Source: Candidatus Latescibacterota bacterium (GTDB taxonomy: Bacteria > Latescibacterota > UBA2968 > GCA-2709665). Taken from it: a stretch of DNA of 64,000 nucleotides. Under the pieces are notes generated by a model. The model worked only from the letters and a program-made list of their open reading frames with translations, made no database searches and was not told the origin of the DNA. Shown here piece after piece: positions 39,201 to 48,482 of the stretch (positions are counted from its first letter, which is position 1; each line of letters starts with the position of its first letter). A program made the translations under genes and the position numbers. The DNA is taken from the NCBI GenBank assembly GCA_965205485.1, contig OZ242180.1, positions 1,184,001-1,248,000 of the forward strand. The letters are read 5' to 3'.

Positions 39201-39777
39201 TGGTGACAAGCGCAAACCCGCCGATTTTTCCTATTCGGGTTGCTATTCCCCCTGCGGCGCGATCGATCACATCTGTGCTGATATCGATGACGACGAGGTA
39301 TACGTTCTGCTCGGTGTCGAAAGCCTGTTCAATTTCGTTTAGCACCTTAACGAATGTTTGGTTGAGATAGTGGCTATCCGGGTGTCGAGCACTCACGCGA
39401 TGCACGAGCGGCTCACCCGTGCCGTCGGTTTCAAATTGAAAGGTTGTGTCGTCGTAGCCACGCTCATCCATCGAAGCGGCATAGAAGGTCTGAACCTCTC
39501 GAATCCGGTCTTTCATATCCTGAACCACTTCGGCGCGAAAGGGCCGGTCACTGGGCGAAAAGTAAATCATGCGCACCGTGCGTGGTTCGCCCACGTTCAG
39601 GTTCGCCGGCCGCTTGGCTGCCGGGAGGGGGTGTTCCCGGCGCCACTCCTCGTAGTCAAAGGGTTCGTGGAAATGCACGCTGTCGGACTCAGACGTGGAC
39701 GCGGAAATTCCTGCCGTCGACGTGAGCAGGACAGCCAGCAGAGTTGAATAAATGGAACTTGAAAGACGCGTTCTCAT
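36286..39777 (-). CDS. Secreted metzincin-like peptidase + Big domain + WD40 propellers + C-terminal dockerin-like pair
   Basis: Signal peptide; HELGHTFGLGH and YVMSY; paralog of 19607-23962; AAAGGAG RBS. Confidence 0.88.
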   Translation of the reverse strand: MRTRLSSSIYSTLLAVLLTSTAGISASTSESDSVHFHEPFDYEEWRREHPLPAAKRPANLNVGEPRTVRMIYFSPSDRPFRAEVVQDMKDRIREVQTFYAASMDERGYDDTTFQFETDGTGEPLVHRVSARHPDSHYLNQTFVKVLNEIEQAFDTEQNVYLVVIDISTDVIDRAAGGIATRIGKIGGFALVTSDEMDPWNYHNVVSHELGHTFGLGHDFRHNEYVMSYGNLPDSRLSMCNAGFLAAHPYFDANSPSESGHPPSIELISPLTYPAGSTNVAVKLEVNDPDGLHQVILHVPNSVKACSVLAGERDAVVTFDYDGVIPGDWVRFSSLSEPSVHPLAVEAVDRDGNGERTRFEISELPNDVVRTTPHRLEKIDGANQRGTPGTPLERRFTVEVRDRNDNPLPDVQVAFAVAMGGGRLSGRFRLEHAVTDMNGHAGRRLTLGPRPGTNTVTVSVSGLEPVTFQAMGVGTGISLPATKGDFRTWHLPDDAIARLGKGRLSLGDRAVSFSPDGHRLAAARNIGIWTYDLATLQPAGLMPAEHLIESMAFSPDGAMIAWSERVYFDTNIKVWDTTTNTPVAGLSFLGDWGGWGRWPQGVAFSPDGGLLACVSSDNSIVMWDTGTWQRVATYEGKPSRAVLDYNPLAFSPDGRLLAAADNNHHTISLWDVAAHEKAGTLTGHKFFVRSISFSPDGQTIASGSFDRTVRLWDAATHTNLATLYGHTDDVRSVSYSPDGSTVASASSDGTIRLWDAGSHESVATLYGQTGEVRSVSFSTDGNTLVSASFDGRVDLWDVQARGIVDRIEKESATTSVAFSPLGGIFASGSDDRTITLWDVETHEKVASLEGHASGVTSLAFLRNGTLVSGAFEEIRVWDLAMGTYVAVARHFRGGCVINTLVVSPDGATVASGGRDELVLWDVATGAQSAVSVNAPLVSYAPDGSVLATKSVDGFIQLWDAATLENLNTVYQGFLGVGGNLGFLAFSPDGTTIASGTEKGPRIDSVVLLYDVATGERVATLEKPNGSQLFSGAFSPDGRILAAGSHKGTVVLWNMETLEEIATFYGHRHDVRSVSYSPDGRMLGSASDDGTMLLWDLTPYIVRPTSIADFDGDGTVGFPDFLLFVGAYGLSRGDAGYDERFDLDGNGTIGFSDLLILAESFGQGG

Positions 39778-40542
39778 TGGAATGTGCTCCTTTCAAATCG
39801 GGTTCAGGCGGTGGCGCTACGTTACAATGAGGGTGTCTTCACTGGTACGATGGGAGCGGCAGGGCAGTGCCGGCAACTCGGTTGCCGCCTCTGCCGGCAC
39901 GTCGTTGCCCTTCAGGCGGCTGACGCCCACATGCCAGGCCGCCGTTGGACCGCTCCCATCGCGCACATTGAAATGCCATTCCATTCCCGCCGTGAGTCGA
40001 CCGGAGGCTGTTTTCGAGTATTCCTGAATGGAACCATTCCGGACCCGGCGAGTGGCTTTTGCTAACAAGTGAGCTGTGGATACCGAGTCGAACGCATCGA
40101 CAAACCCGATAGAATCCACGGATTCTCCCGTGCAGCGACGGTAAAGTGTCGGACGGTGGGAAGCCGGGATCTCTTACGTTGTACGAACTTTGATTTCGCT
40201 GCATTCCACTGCTGTCCAGGAACCGTGAAATTAACGAGGCCGTCGTCCTCTGCGAAGCGCTGTCCAGGAACAAAGCGGCCTTTCCATCGGCCATGATTGT
40301 GTTGTTCACGCCTCATTGAGCCCATAAAATATGACATTTGTGAAACTCAGGTGAGCTGGGCCGAGGCGCCGGTTTTCGGAGTTGAGCCGGATGCTGTCCA
40401 CGGCAAAAGCCGATTTTAACAGATGTAATTCCTGATATAAGTATAATGCTCAGGTTGCGCCGATCAGGTCAATACCGAATGATTGTCGAAATGTCCTGGA
40501 TTTGTCGCGGGCTACGTTTTTTTCGACATGAGATACGAACAG

Positions 40543-40564
40543 TGGCTCCAACGGCAGGATTCGA
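40543..40564 (-). other. 22-nt tRNA 3'-end fragment (tRNA-Asn-like), putative att scar
   Basis: Minus strand TCGAATCCTGCCGTTGGAGCCA = partial T-loop, T-stem strand, acceptor strand, discriminator G, CCA; no 5' half. Confidence 0.6.
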
Positions 40565-40899
40565 GGCTTGTCGGACGAATACGGTGTATTCCGTGCGTTC
40601 ATGTTTCAACAGGTCCCGGTTGGTGACCGATCCCGGGGACGGCCCCTGAGCCCATGTCCATGATGAAACGGGTCCGGCTAAGCCGATCCTCAAATCGCCG
40701 CCTTTGGTCGATCATTTGCACAATACTCCGACTTACCACCGGGATGTCTCAGTAATCGTCCGATCTTGGACCGAAGTAGGTGTACACAATAATAATGAAA
40801 TTATCGGGTATGTTTATGATTTTTTACTCGTATATAAAATACAATATATGATTTTTTCGTGATTATCTCATTGCCCAGTCCAGATGGGACTCGCAAGTC

Positions 40900-41185
40900 C
40901 CGGTTCAACGGCAGGCAAGACGAGGCCCTGTTCGGATACTTCGCCTTCATAGACGAGCCGCTGAGGGTGCCGGACTTGCGCAGCCACGCACAGCGCATTG
41001 GCCTGTCCGAATCTCAACCGGCAATGCCGGTGAGCCAGAGACTGAGTTCCTGGTGGCGTGGATCTGCCATCGTGAAGAGAGAGTGGGGACGGTTTTTCTG
41101 GCGGAGAAGGAGGGTGGGAGGGAGTTCATCGCGGAGGACGAAGAGACCCTGGTGATGCTCGCCGCTCAGGCTGCCGCAGCGCGAG
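40900..41185 (+). pseudogene. GAF-domain sensor/regulator remnant
   Basis: LFGYFAFIDEPLRVPDL then, after a shift, HREERVGTVFLAEKEGGREFIAEDEETLVMLAAQAAAA. Confidence 0.6.
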
Positions 41186-41264
41186 ACATCAGACGCGAAG
41201 TGGGATGGGATCGCGGAATCGAGTGACGAGGCGGAGATGCCTTACCTACTATTGTCTGTACGCT

Positions 41265-44200
41265 TTATTCCCGTGATTCAGTCTCCGTGACCCTGCGGAG
41301 ATTCAGGATGATGGGTTCGGGTTGATCGTGTCTGGTCCATGTGTGCTCGATCGCACAGTTGAGAGGGATCGGCGCTTCAGGTACTATCGCGATTTTTGAA
41401 GTGGATGGCAGGGTGTAGGCATCGGCCTTGGTAACGTCGACGGTGTAGCCTAAGTCCGCCATCGACTGGATCGTGATCGCGCTGAGGGGATTGGAGAAAG
41501 TTTCCAACCTAGACGTCATCAGTTCGCCGTCCATTACGGATTCCCGCCAGTGGCTGTCCCGGCTGCCCGCTCCGCCTGAGTTCTCCACCGGCACCTTGGC
41601 GCCGGTGTAGCTCGACCCGTCCGCTGCGTCGAAGGCGGCAATCGCCTTCGTGCCCGAAAAATAGGTATCCGGAGCCGGATCGATGGGGATTCGGAATGGG
41701 CTGAGGGAGGGGTCCTTCAGGAGGTCGAGAAATGTCCAGGAAGTGGCATTGAATCCCAGCGCGTGGCCCATCTCGTGCAGAACGACGGCTCTCTGTATTT
41801 CTTCCGAATACGTGCTCAGTATGTCCGAATCGAGAGTGATTCGGGATACGGCCGGCAGAAAGGAAGGGACCCGGCTCAACAGCGACGCCCCCTGTCCGAT
41901 CGCACCGACCAGATCAACGACGCGCACGTAGAGTATGAGATCATCCACAACCTCGGGGGCGGCAGACCCTGGAAATTCCCCATTCAGGAAACTGCGATTG
42001 CTGCTGGATAAACGATGGTTGGGAAGATCGCCGGTGATGATTTCCTCCCAGCGCTCGGCTCCGTCTTCAACATAGGTTCGGTATGTCGACGAGACGCTGC
42101 CGACGAAGACAAGCTCGATATCGAAGGAAGCCGTCCCGGACGTGGTCTCTTCGTCGGTCGCGGACCTCGAACCCATCAGGCTGCCGTCGCAGGATACCCC
42201 CAGGTATCCGTAGTCCGCCTCATACGTGGTGCCCGGCTCGAAGAAATCCGATACCGCGTCCTCCAGCGTTACGGATATGGACTGTTGCGAAGCTTCATCG
42301 TTGGTCTCGGTATGGCACCCTGTGGCCCAGGGTCCTTGGTTCGTCTTCTGACGGATTCGTACATGGTACGCCCGGGTTTCGTCGGCCGCGAAGTTGTCGG
42401 TGAATGTCAGCGTGAAGAGGTTGCCGGCGATGGTCAGGGTGGGCGCCGAAAGGGTTGGCGTCCGGACCGTGACCTCGAACGTCTCCGAGTCGGATGCACC
42501 GTATGGATCGCTCGCCGTCACGGTGATGGTCGCGCTGCCGGCGGCCTGCGGATCTACGAGGATCTCCGTGCTGATCATCTGAACGGTAGCGGCAGCCGTG
42601 TTGCCGGACGACGCGGTATAGCTGAGCAGGTCCCCATCCGGGCTGCTGAACACGCCGTCCGCGGATACGATCTCGACGGCGCCTCCCACCGCAAGCGTGA
42701 GGTCGTCGAAGGTGCCGACGGCCACCGGCGGCTGGTTGGGGATCTCGATCTCGGCCGAGGGCGACCACTCGCTGTCCCCTTCGTCGTTCTTCGCCTGTAC
42801 CTGCACCTCGTAGGTAAGGCCTTTGGTCAGATTCTCGATTCGGGCATCCAGGGTCGCGGACGTGTACGTGGTACCGGTGAAATCGTCGCCGCTGTCCTTC
42901 TCCCGGTGTTGCACTCCCCAGCCAGTGATTTCCGGCCCGGTATTCACCGGCGGGATTCGGCCCCCCATGCCCACCGCGATGGTGGGAGTAGTCCCGTCTA
43001 GGAAACCCAGCCCTGGCGCCGGCGGCCGGCCCGGGGGCTCGTCCACATCGGAAACATTGATGGCGATCTGCCGTTGCCCGGTCCGTTGCCTGGTGCCCAT
43101 GCCGCTGGTGACGGTAACGACGATCTCATTCCGGTTGCTGCTTCCCGCCGGACGTTCGTAGTCAGGTACATTCACGAAGGTGAGGTGGCCCTCGCCGCCC
43201 CGGGTGGCAATCTCGAACAGCGATCGGTCGCGGCCTCCGGTAAGCTCGTACCCGGTGATGTAGTCCCTGTCATCCGGGTCCGTTCCCACTATGGAAATGT
43301 GCCCGGTGAAGTTCTCGTTCACGGTCCAGGAATTGTGGAAGATGGAGGGCGGGCTGTTGGTGGTGACCGCGGTCTCCGTGACCGTCACCTCCACGTTGAC
43401 GGCGGTGACTCCTTGATAGCCGCCGCTGACCGTGTGGGTCAGGATGACCTCGTCGTCATCGCTGTCGGTGTCCGCGCTGGCGCTCACGGTCACCGTCTGC
43501 GGCGTATCCCAGTCCTGGTCGGTGAATGTCAGCGGCGACGGGTTCACCGTGACATCGGCGCCCGAGGGCACGGTCACGGTCACCGTCACGTCGGCGGTGG
43601 GCTGCATGGTCAACACCACCGTGTAGGTGTCGCTGTCGTCCTCCCCGATAGTCAGTTCGGTGGGATAGATTTCCACCCCCGCTTCGGCGTCGATGACGAC
43701 CAGCGGCAGGTCATCGGACAGCACCAGTTCGTACCCGTTGTCACTCGCCGGGAGGGCCGGCAGTACCCCGAGATCGACGGTGACTGCCCCGCTGGACCCG
43801 GCGGTGCGGGAGACTGAGAGCGGCTCACTCTCGACACTGCCCTGGGGGATCGTGATGCTCCCTTCGCCGCTGTCGATCTCACCGTTGGAAAGCCGCAGCG
43901 GCAGGACCATATCGAAGGGCGCGCCGGTGTGCGCTCTTGCGACGAACTGGTCCGTCCCCGCCGCTTCCAGTGAAACGGCAATCGGCAGCGGGTCGACCGG
44001 GTTCCATTGGAGCTGGAGTTCGTTCAGTTCCGTCAGTCCGGAAAATACGCTGTCTCCCAGTGTGGATAAGTCCATTTGTCTCAGGTCCAACGATCTCAAC
44101 TCCGTCAGTCCGGAAAGAAGGCCGTCCAGTGTAGATACATCGGTGGCTCTCAGGCTTAGCGTTCTGAGATTCGTCAGTCCGGAAAAAACGGTGTCCGGCA

Positions 44201-47200
44201 GTGTGATGAGGTCGTTGTTGTAGCTCAGGTTGAGGGTCTCGAGTACAGTCAGGCCGGAGAGGAGGTCGCCCGGCACGGAGGTGAGACCCATGCTGTAAAG
44301 TTCGAGATGGGTAAGCGCCGTCAGCCCGGAGAAAAGGGCGGCGTCGATGCTGCCGCCGGCGATCTCGTTGCGGCTCAGGGTGAGGTGTTCAAGCGACGAC
44401 AGGCTTGAGAAAACGGTCGCCGGGAAGCTGGTGAGGCGGGCATATTCCAGGTCCAGGTGCTCCAGCCCCGACAGGTTCGAGAAGACGTCCGCCGGCAGGC
44501 TGGTGATTCGGGAATTGCTTATATCGAGGTGTTTGAGCCCCGACAAGCCGGAGAACTCGTCGGCCGCGAGATCGCCCAGAAGATTGTTACGGAGGACGAG
44601 TCTGTCAAGCGCCGTCAACGTGGAGAAGCCGTTGGCCGGCAGGTTGTTGATGCGGGCGCTCAGCAGATCGAGATTGGTCAGGGATGTCAGTCCGGAGAAC
44701 AGGTTTACGTCGAAGTCGCCAAGTTGACTGAAGGACATTTCGAGAGTTGTCAGTGCGGTCAGGCCGGAGAATGTGTTCGCTCCGAGATTGGAGAGGTTGT
44801 TCTGCCTGAGATGGAGCTCTTCCAACGCCGTCAGCCCGGCAAAGTCGCCAGCTTTCAACGTGGAGATGTTTTCGTCTCTCAGCGAGAGGCGCCTGATCGC
44901 GGCAAGATGGTCGGGGGTTACGTCTCCGCAGGCGCTGACCCCCGTTTCATCCACAATCGCGTCCCGCACCTGAGCGGTGCGGCTGCAGACGTCCTGGAGG
45001 TTGGTCACCGCCAGGTTGCTGAGGGCGCCGGCGGGGTTCTGCGCCCGGTCTCGGATCGGGTTGGTCCCCGGGGTGTAGGCCAGCGCCACCGTCTCGCCCG
45101 TGCTCACGGCCGAGGGCAGGGTGAGCGTCAATACGGTATTGCTCATGGTCACCGAGGTAACGCTCCGCGCCTCGCTGTCTACGGTCACGTTGAAATCCCC
45201 CGCTGCTGGCTTCGAAGTGGCGTCGAGCCTTTCTCCGTAGGTGAGGGTCAGCTCGTCGCCATCCACTTCGGCTTTGGTGGGGGTCGGGGCTTTGCCGTCG
45301 ACCTTGTGGCTGGACTGATTGGCGCGTGCCGCGTGCGCCAGGTCGGCATTGATGGTGGAATTGCTTCTGACGATACTGCCGCCGTTGCGCTTGAGACCGT
45401 TTTCTTTGATGGTGGCGCCATTGGTGTCCTCGTCGGTGTTCTGTACGGTGTATTGGAAGAGGAGTTGTGTTGTCGTCGAGCCACTCTGGTAGCCGGCCTC
45501 GCGCCGGGTGGTACCGACCGTCAGGTCGACCTGCGGCGTGCCGGTGACGGTCACCGCTTCGCTGAAGGTCACTGTTATGGAAATAACGTCACTCAATTTG
45601 TAGGTGTTGTTCTGTCCTGAGGCAGGGGTCGAGGTAAACGCGACGTTCGATACCGTGGGTGCGGTGAGGGTGGTTCCACTGCCCGTATTGGACCAGGCGC
45701 CCGTTCCTTCGTCGTTCTTTGCCTGCACCTGGAACTGATAGGTCCTGCCCGCGCGCAGGTTCGAGAGGACGCGCGTGCGGGTCACGCTGGTGTCGGCAGA
45801 GGCGGTGAACGAGCCGCTCTCGCGGTACTGCAGGAAGTAGCTCGTGATTTCCGGACCGGTGTTGTACGGCTCGTCCCACCTTACCGTGAGGCTGCTCTCC
45901 GTGGTGTCGCTCACCACGGGCGGGGCGGGCTTGCCCGGGGGCTCCAACTCGTCCTCCACGGCAACGGTGATGGTCTGCGTGGCCGTCAGCGCCCGAGCGT
46001 CCGCCCCGCCCGTCACCTCGACTTCAACGGTGTACTCGTTGTCGCTCCCCGCGTCCGCCGGCCGTTCAAAGTCGGGGTCATCCCTGAAGTGCAGCTCCCT
46101 GGTGTTCTTGATCTCGAAGTCGTCGCTGTCCGCACCGCCCGTGACGACGTATCCCGTGATGCCGTCGTCCCTGTCCACGTCCTGCGCGGCCAGCTGCCCC
46201 GCCCTCAGGACGTTTTCCTTGACCATGAAACTATCCACGCTGGTGAAGTGGGGCGGCTCGTTCACGTCCGTGACGGGCACGGTGATCGTATGCGCAGCCG
46301 TCAGCGCGCGGCCGCCCGACCCGCCGGTGGCGGTGACCTCCACGACGTAGCTGTTGTTGCTTCCCGCGTCCGCCGGACTCTCGAAGTCAGGGTCATCCCT
46401 GAAGGTCAGCGCCCCCGTGTTGCTGATCTCTAGCCTGGCGCGGTCGCTTCCGCCGGTCAGGGTGTAATCCGTGATGTTGTCAGCGCCGTCGAGGTCGTCG
46501 GCGGTGACCGTGCCGGCGAAGGACTGGTTTTCCGGGGCCTCGAGCGTCGCCTCCCCGGTGAACACGGGCGCCTCGTTCAGATCCGTCAGGTCGATGGACA
46601 CCGGGATACTGCTATCGCCGCCGTGGCCGTCGGTGGCCTTCACGTTCACCGAATAACGGGACAGGACCTCATAGTCGTAGGTCCTGCCCGCCTTTGTCAT
46701 GAGCTGGCCATTCCGCGTGTCGATGGTGAAGGAGTCCGCGTGTGTGCCTTCCAGCGCGTACGTCAGCGTGGTCATCTCAGCGTCGGTCGCACTGACCGGA
46801 TCGCCGATGTCCTTGACGCCCGTCGTGTTCTCCGCCAGGGTGCGGGTAGCGCTGCCTCTGTCGGTAAACACGGGCAAAACGTTGGCATTGGTGTTTCCCG
46901 TACCCCGTTCCGACCAGTCGCTGGCGCCTTCGGGTGAGCGCGCCAGCACTTGCACCTGGTACCTTGTGCCCGGTGTCCTGCCCGTGATGGTTGCACTGCG
47001 TTCCGCGCTGTTGTGCGTCCACGAGGTGAAGCCGCCGCTGTCCCCTTGCCGATACTGTACGTCGTAGTCGTTGATGTCCGGGCCCGTGTTTGCCGGTTCG
47101 TCCCACGTAACCTCCAGGCTCGTGGACGAGGCCGCGGCGACGTCCGGCGCGCCCGGCGTGCCGGGTCTTTCCTGCAGGTCCGTCAGGTTGATCCTGACGG

Positions 47201-48482
47201 CAATCGTGTTGCTGCCGCCCTGCCCGTCTTCGACGCGCACGATGACGTCATAGCGGGGCTTCGCCTCGAAGTCATAGGTCTGTCCCGACACCGTCTTTAA
47301 TTGACCGTCATCCGCTCCAATTGTGAAGCTCGCGGCATCCGCGCCGGACAGGCTGTATTCCGGCGTGTCGCCATCGTGATCCCTCGCGGTGACCGGGCTG
47401 CCGACGTCGTTTGTGCCCGTCGTATTCTCGGCGAACGAGCGTGTGGCGCTGGCCCCTTCATTGAACGTGGGCGCGCGATTGGCGCTGGTTCGAGCATCCA
47501 CCGACTCCGACCAGGCGCTTTCCCCTTCGGGAGAGCGCGCCAGCACCCGCACCTGGTAGTCCGTGTTGGTCGTCAGAGAGGTGATGGTCGTACTCGTGCC
47601 GGGACCGTCGTGGGTCCACGGGGAGAAAGAGCCGGTGGTTCCTTCCCGGTATTGCACGTCGTAGTCGTCGATGGGGGGGCCCGTGTTGGCAGGGGCCGTC
47701 CAGCGGATGGAAAGGCTGTTCAGCGTCTGTGCCGTGACCGTCGGCTTGTCCGGCGCCTCGGGATCTTCGCTGTCGTCGTCGGTCACGTCGACGGTCACGT
47801 TGATCGTCGCCAGCCCGCCCTGTTCGTCCCGCGCTTCTACGGTCACGGAATAGCGGTTCTTCGTCTCGAAGTCGTAGTTTACGCCGTCAGCGGTCCGCAA
47901 TTGACCGGTCCTCACATCGATGTCAAAACTCTCCGCGTCGCCGTCGGAGAGGCGGTACGTCACGGCGGTGTTCTCCGGGTCGTCCGCCCGCAACCGGGTG
48001 CCCAGGTCCTGCACACCGGTCGTATTCTCGGCGACTTCGCGCGTGGCACTCCTTCCCTCGTCGAACACGGGCGGCAGATTGCTGCTGGTCGTGCCGAAGC
48101 CAGCGCGGGACCAGAGCGATGTCCCTTCATCGTTTGTTGCCCGAACCTGCACCTCGTACCGGGTATTGGCGTCGAGGTCGCTGATCGTCGTAGTCGTGCC
48201 CGGCCCATCGTGAGCGTGGGGGAGGAAGTTGCCGCTCTTGCGGTATTGCACGTCATAGTCCGTGATATCCGGGCCCGTGTTGTCCGGCGCGTCCCACGTC
48301 ACCGTCAGGCTGGTCGTCGATGCCGGCTGCACCAGAAGCGCGGCGGGAACCTCCGGCGGCTCGTTCACGTCGGCCACGTGGATGGTCACGCCGATGGTTG
48401 CTGATTCCCCGTACGGATCGCTGGCTACCAGGTCAACGGAATACCGATCGTTATCCTCGAAGTCGTACGTGATGCCCAACAA
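41265..48482 (-). CDS. Main part of giant surface protein: alternating cadherin and FN3 repeats, Ig-like domains, 24-aa LRRs, C-terminal leishmanolysin (M8)-like metallopeptidase
   Basis: YDFE/DFE cadherin and W..P.NTGP.I.DYDVQYR FN3 motifs; FSGLTAL LRRs; HEMGHALGF...VPVENSGGAGSRDSHWRE...ELMT. Confidence 0.88.
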   Translation of the reverse strand: MLGITYDFEDNDRYSVDLVASDPYGESATIGVTIHVADVNEPPEVPAALLVQPASTTSLTVTWDAPDNTGPDITDYDVQYRKSGNFLPHAHDGPGTTTTISDLDANTRYEVQVRATNDEGTSLWSRAGFGTTSSNLPPVFDEGRSATREVAENTTGVQDLGTRLRADDPENTAVTYRLSDGDAESFDIDVRTGQLRTADGVNYDFETKNRYSVTVEARDEQGGLATINVTVDVTDDDSEDPEAPDKPTVTAQTLNSLSIRWTAPANTGPPIDDYDVQYREGTTGSFSPWTHDGPGTSTTITSLTTNTDYQVRVLARSPEGESAWSESVDARTSANRAPTFNEGASATRSFAENTTGTNDVGSPVTARDHDGDTPEYSLSGADAASFTIGADDGQLKTVSGQTYDFEAKPRYDVIVRVEDGQGGSNTIAVRINLTDLQERPGTPGAPDVAAASSTSLEVTWDEPANTGPDINDYDVQYRQGDSGGFTSWTHNSAERSATITGRTPGTRYQVQVLARSPEGASDWSERGTGNTNANVLPVFTDRGSATRTLAENTTGVKDIGDPVSATDAEMTTLTYALEGTHADSFTIDTRNGQLMTKAGRTYDYEVLSRYSVNVKATDGHGGDSSIPVSIDLTDLNEAPVFTGEATLEAPENQSFAGTVTADDLDGADNITDYTLTGGSDRARLEISNTGALTFRDDPDFESPADAGSNNSYVVEVTATGGSGGRALTAAHTITVPVTDVNEPPHFTSVDSFMVKENVLRAGQLAAQDVDRDDGITGYVVTGGADSDDFEIKNTRELHFRDDPDFERPADAGSDNEYTVEVEVTGGADARALTATQTITVAVEDELEPPGKPAPPVVSDTTESSLTVRWDEPYNTGPEITSYFLQYRESGSFTASADTSVTRTRVLSNLRAGRTYQFQVQAKNDEGTGAWSNTGSGTTLTAPTVSNVAFTSTPASGQNNTYKLSDVISITVTFSEAVTVTGTPQVDLTVGTTRREAGYQSGSTTTQLLFQYTVQNTDEDTNGATIKENGLKRNGGSIVRSNSTINADLAHAARANQSSHKVDGKAPTPTKAEVDGDELTLTYGERLDATSKPAAGDFNVTVDSEARSVTSVTMSNTVLTLTLPSAVSTGETVALAYTPGTNPIRDRAQNPAGALSNLAVTNLQDVCSRTAQVRDAIVDETGVSACGDVTPDHLAAIRRLSLRDENISTLKAGDFAGLTALEELHLRQNNLSNLGANTFSGLTALTTLEMSFSQLGDFDVNLFSGLTSLTNLDLLSARINNLPANGFSTLTALDRLVLRNNLLGDLAADEFSGLSGLKHLDISNSRITSLPADVFSNLSGLEHLDLEYARLTSFPATVFSSLSSLEHLTLSRNEIAGGSIDAALFSGLTALTHLELYSMGLTSVPGDLLSGLTVLETLNLSYNNDLITLPDTVFSGLTNLRTLSLRATDVSTLDGLLSGLTELRSLDLRQMDLSTLGDSVFSGLTELNELQLQWNPVDPLPIAVSLEAAGTDQFVARAHTGAPFDMVLPLRLSNGEIDSGEGSITIPQGSVESEPLSVSRTAGSSGAVTVDLGVLPALPASDNGYELVLSDDLPLVVIDAEAGVEIYPTELTIGEDDSDTYTVVLTMQPTADVTVTVTVPSGADVTVNPSPLTFTDQDWDTPQTVTVSASADTDSDDDEVILTHTVSGGYQGVTAVNVEVTVTETAVTTNSPPSIFHNSWTVNENFTGHISIVGTDPDDRDYITGYELTGGRDRSLFEIATRGGEGHLTFVNVPDYERPAGSSNRNEIVVTVTSGMGTRQRTGQRQIAINVSDVDEPPGRPPAPGLGFLDGTTPTIAVGMGGRIPPVNTGPEITGWGVQHREKDSGDDFTGTTYTSATLDARIENLTKGLTYEVQVQAKNDEGDSEWSPSAEIEIPNQPPVAVGTFDDLTLAVGGAVEIVSADGVFSSPDGDLLSYTASSGNTAAATVQMISTEILVDPQAAGSATITVTASDPYGASDSETFEVTVRTPTLSAPTLTIAGNLFTLTFTDNFAADETRAYHVRIRQKTNQGPWATGCHTETNDEASQQSISVTLEDAVSDFFEPGTTYEADYGYLGVSCDGSLMGSRSATDEETTSGTASFDIELVFVGSVSSTYRTYVEDGAERWEEIITGDLPNHRLSSSNRSFLNGEFPGSAAPEVVDDLILYVRVVDLVGAIGQGASLLSRVPSFLPAVSRITLDSDILSTYSEEIQRAVVLHEMGHALGFNATSWTFLDLLKDPSLSPFRIPIDPAPDTYFSGTKAIAAFDAADGSSYTGAKVPVENSGGAGSRDSHWRESVMDGELMTSRLETFSNPLSAITIQSMADLGYTVDVTKADAYTLPSTSKIAIVPEAPIPLNCAIEHTWTRHDQPEPIILNLRRVTETESRE

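Noticed and set aside
19607..39777. WD40 proteins as NLR/STAND immune receptors
   Set aside because: No NACHT/NB-ARC P-loop; they have signal peptides and peptidase heads
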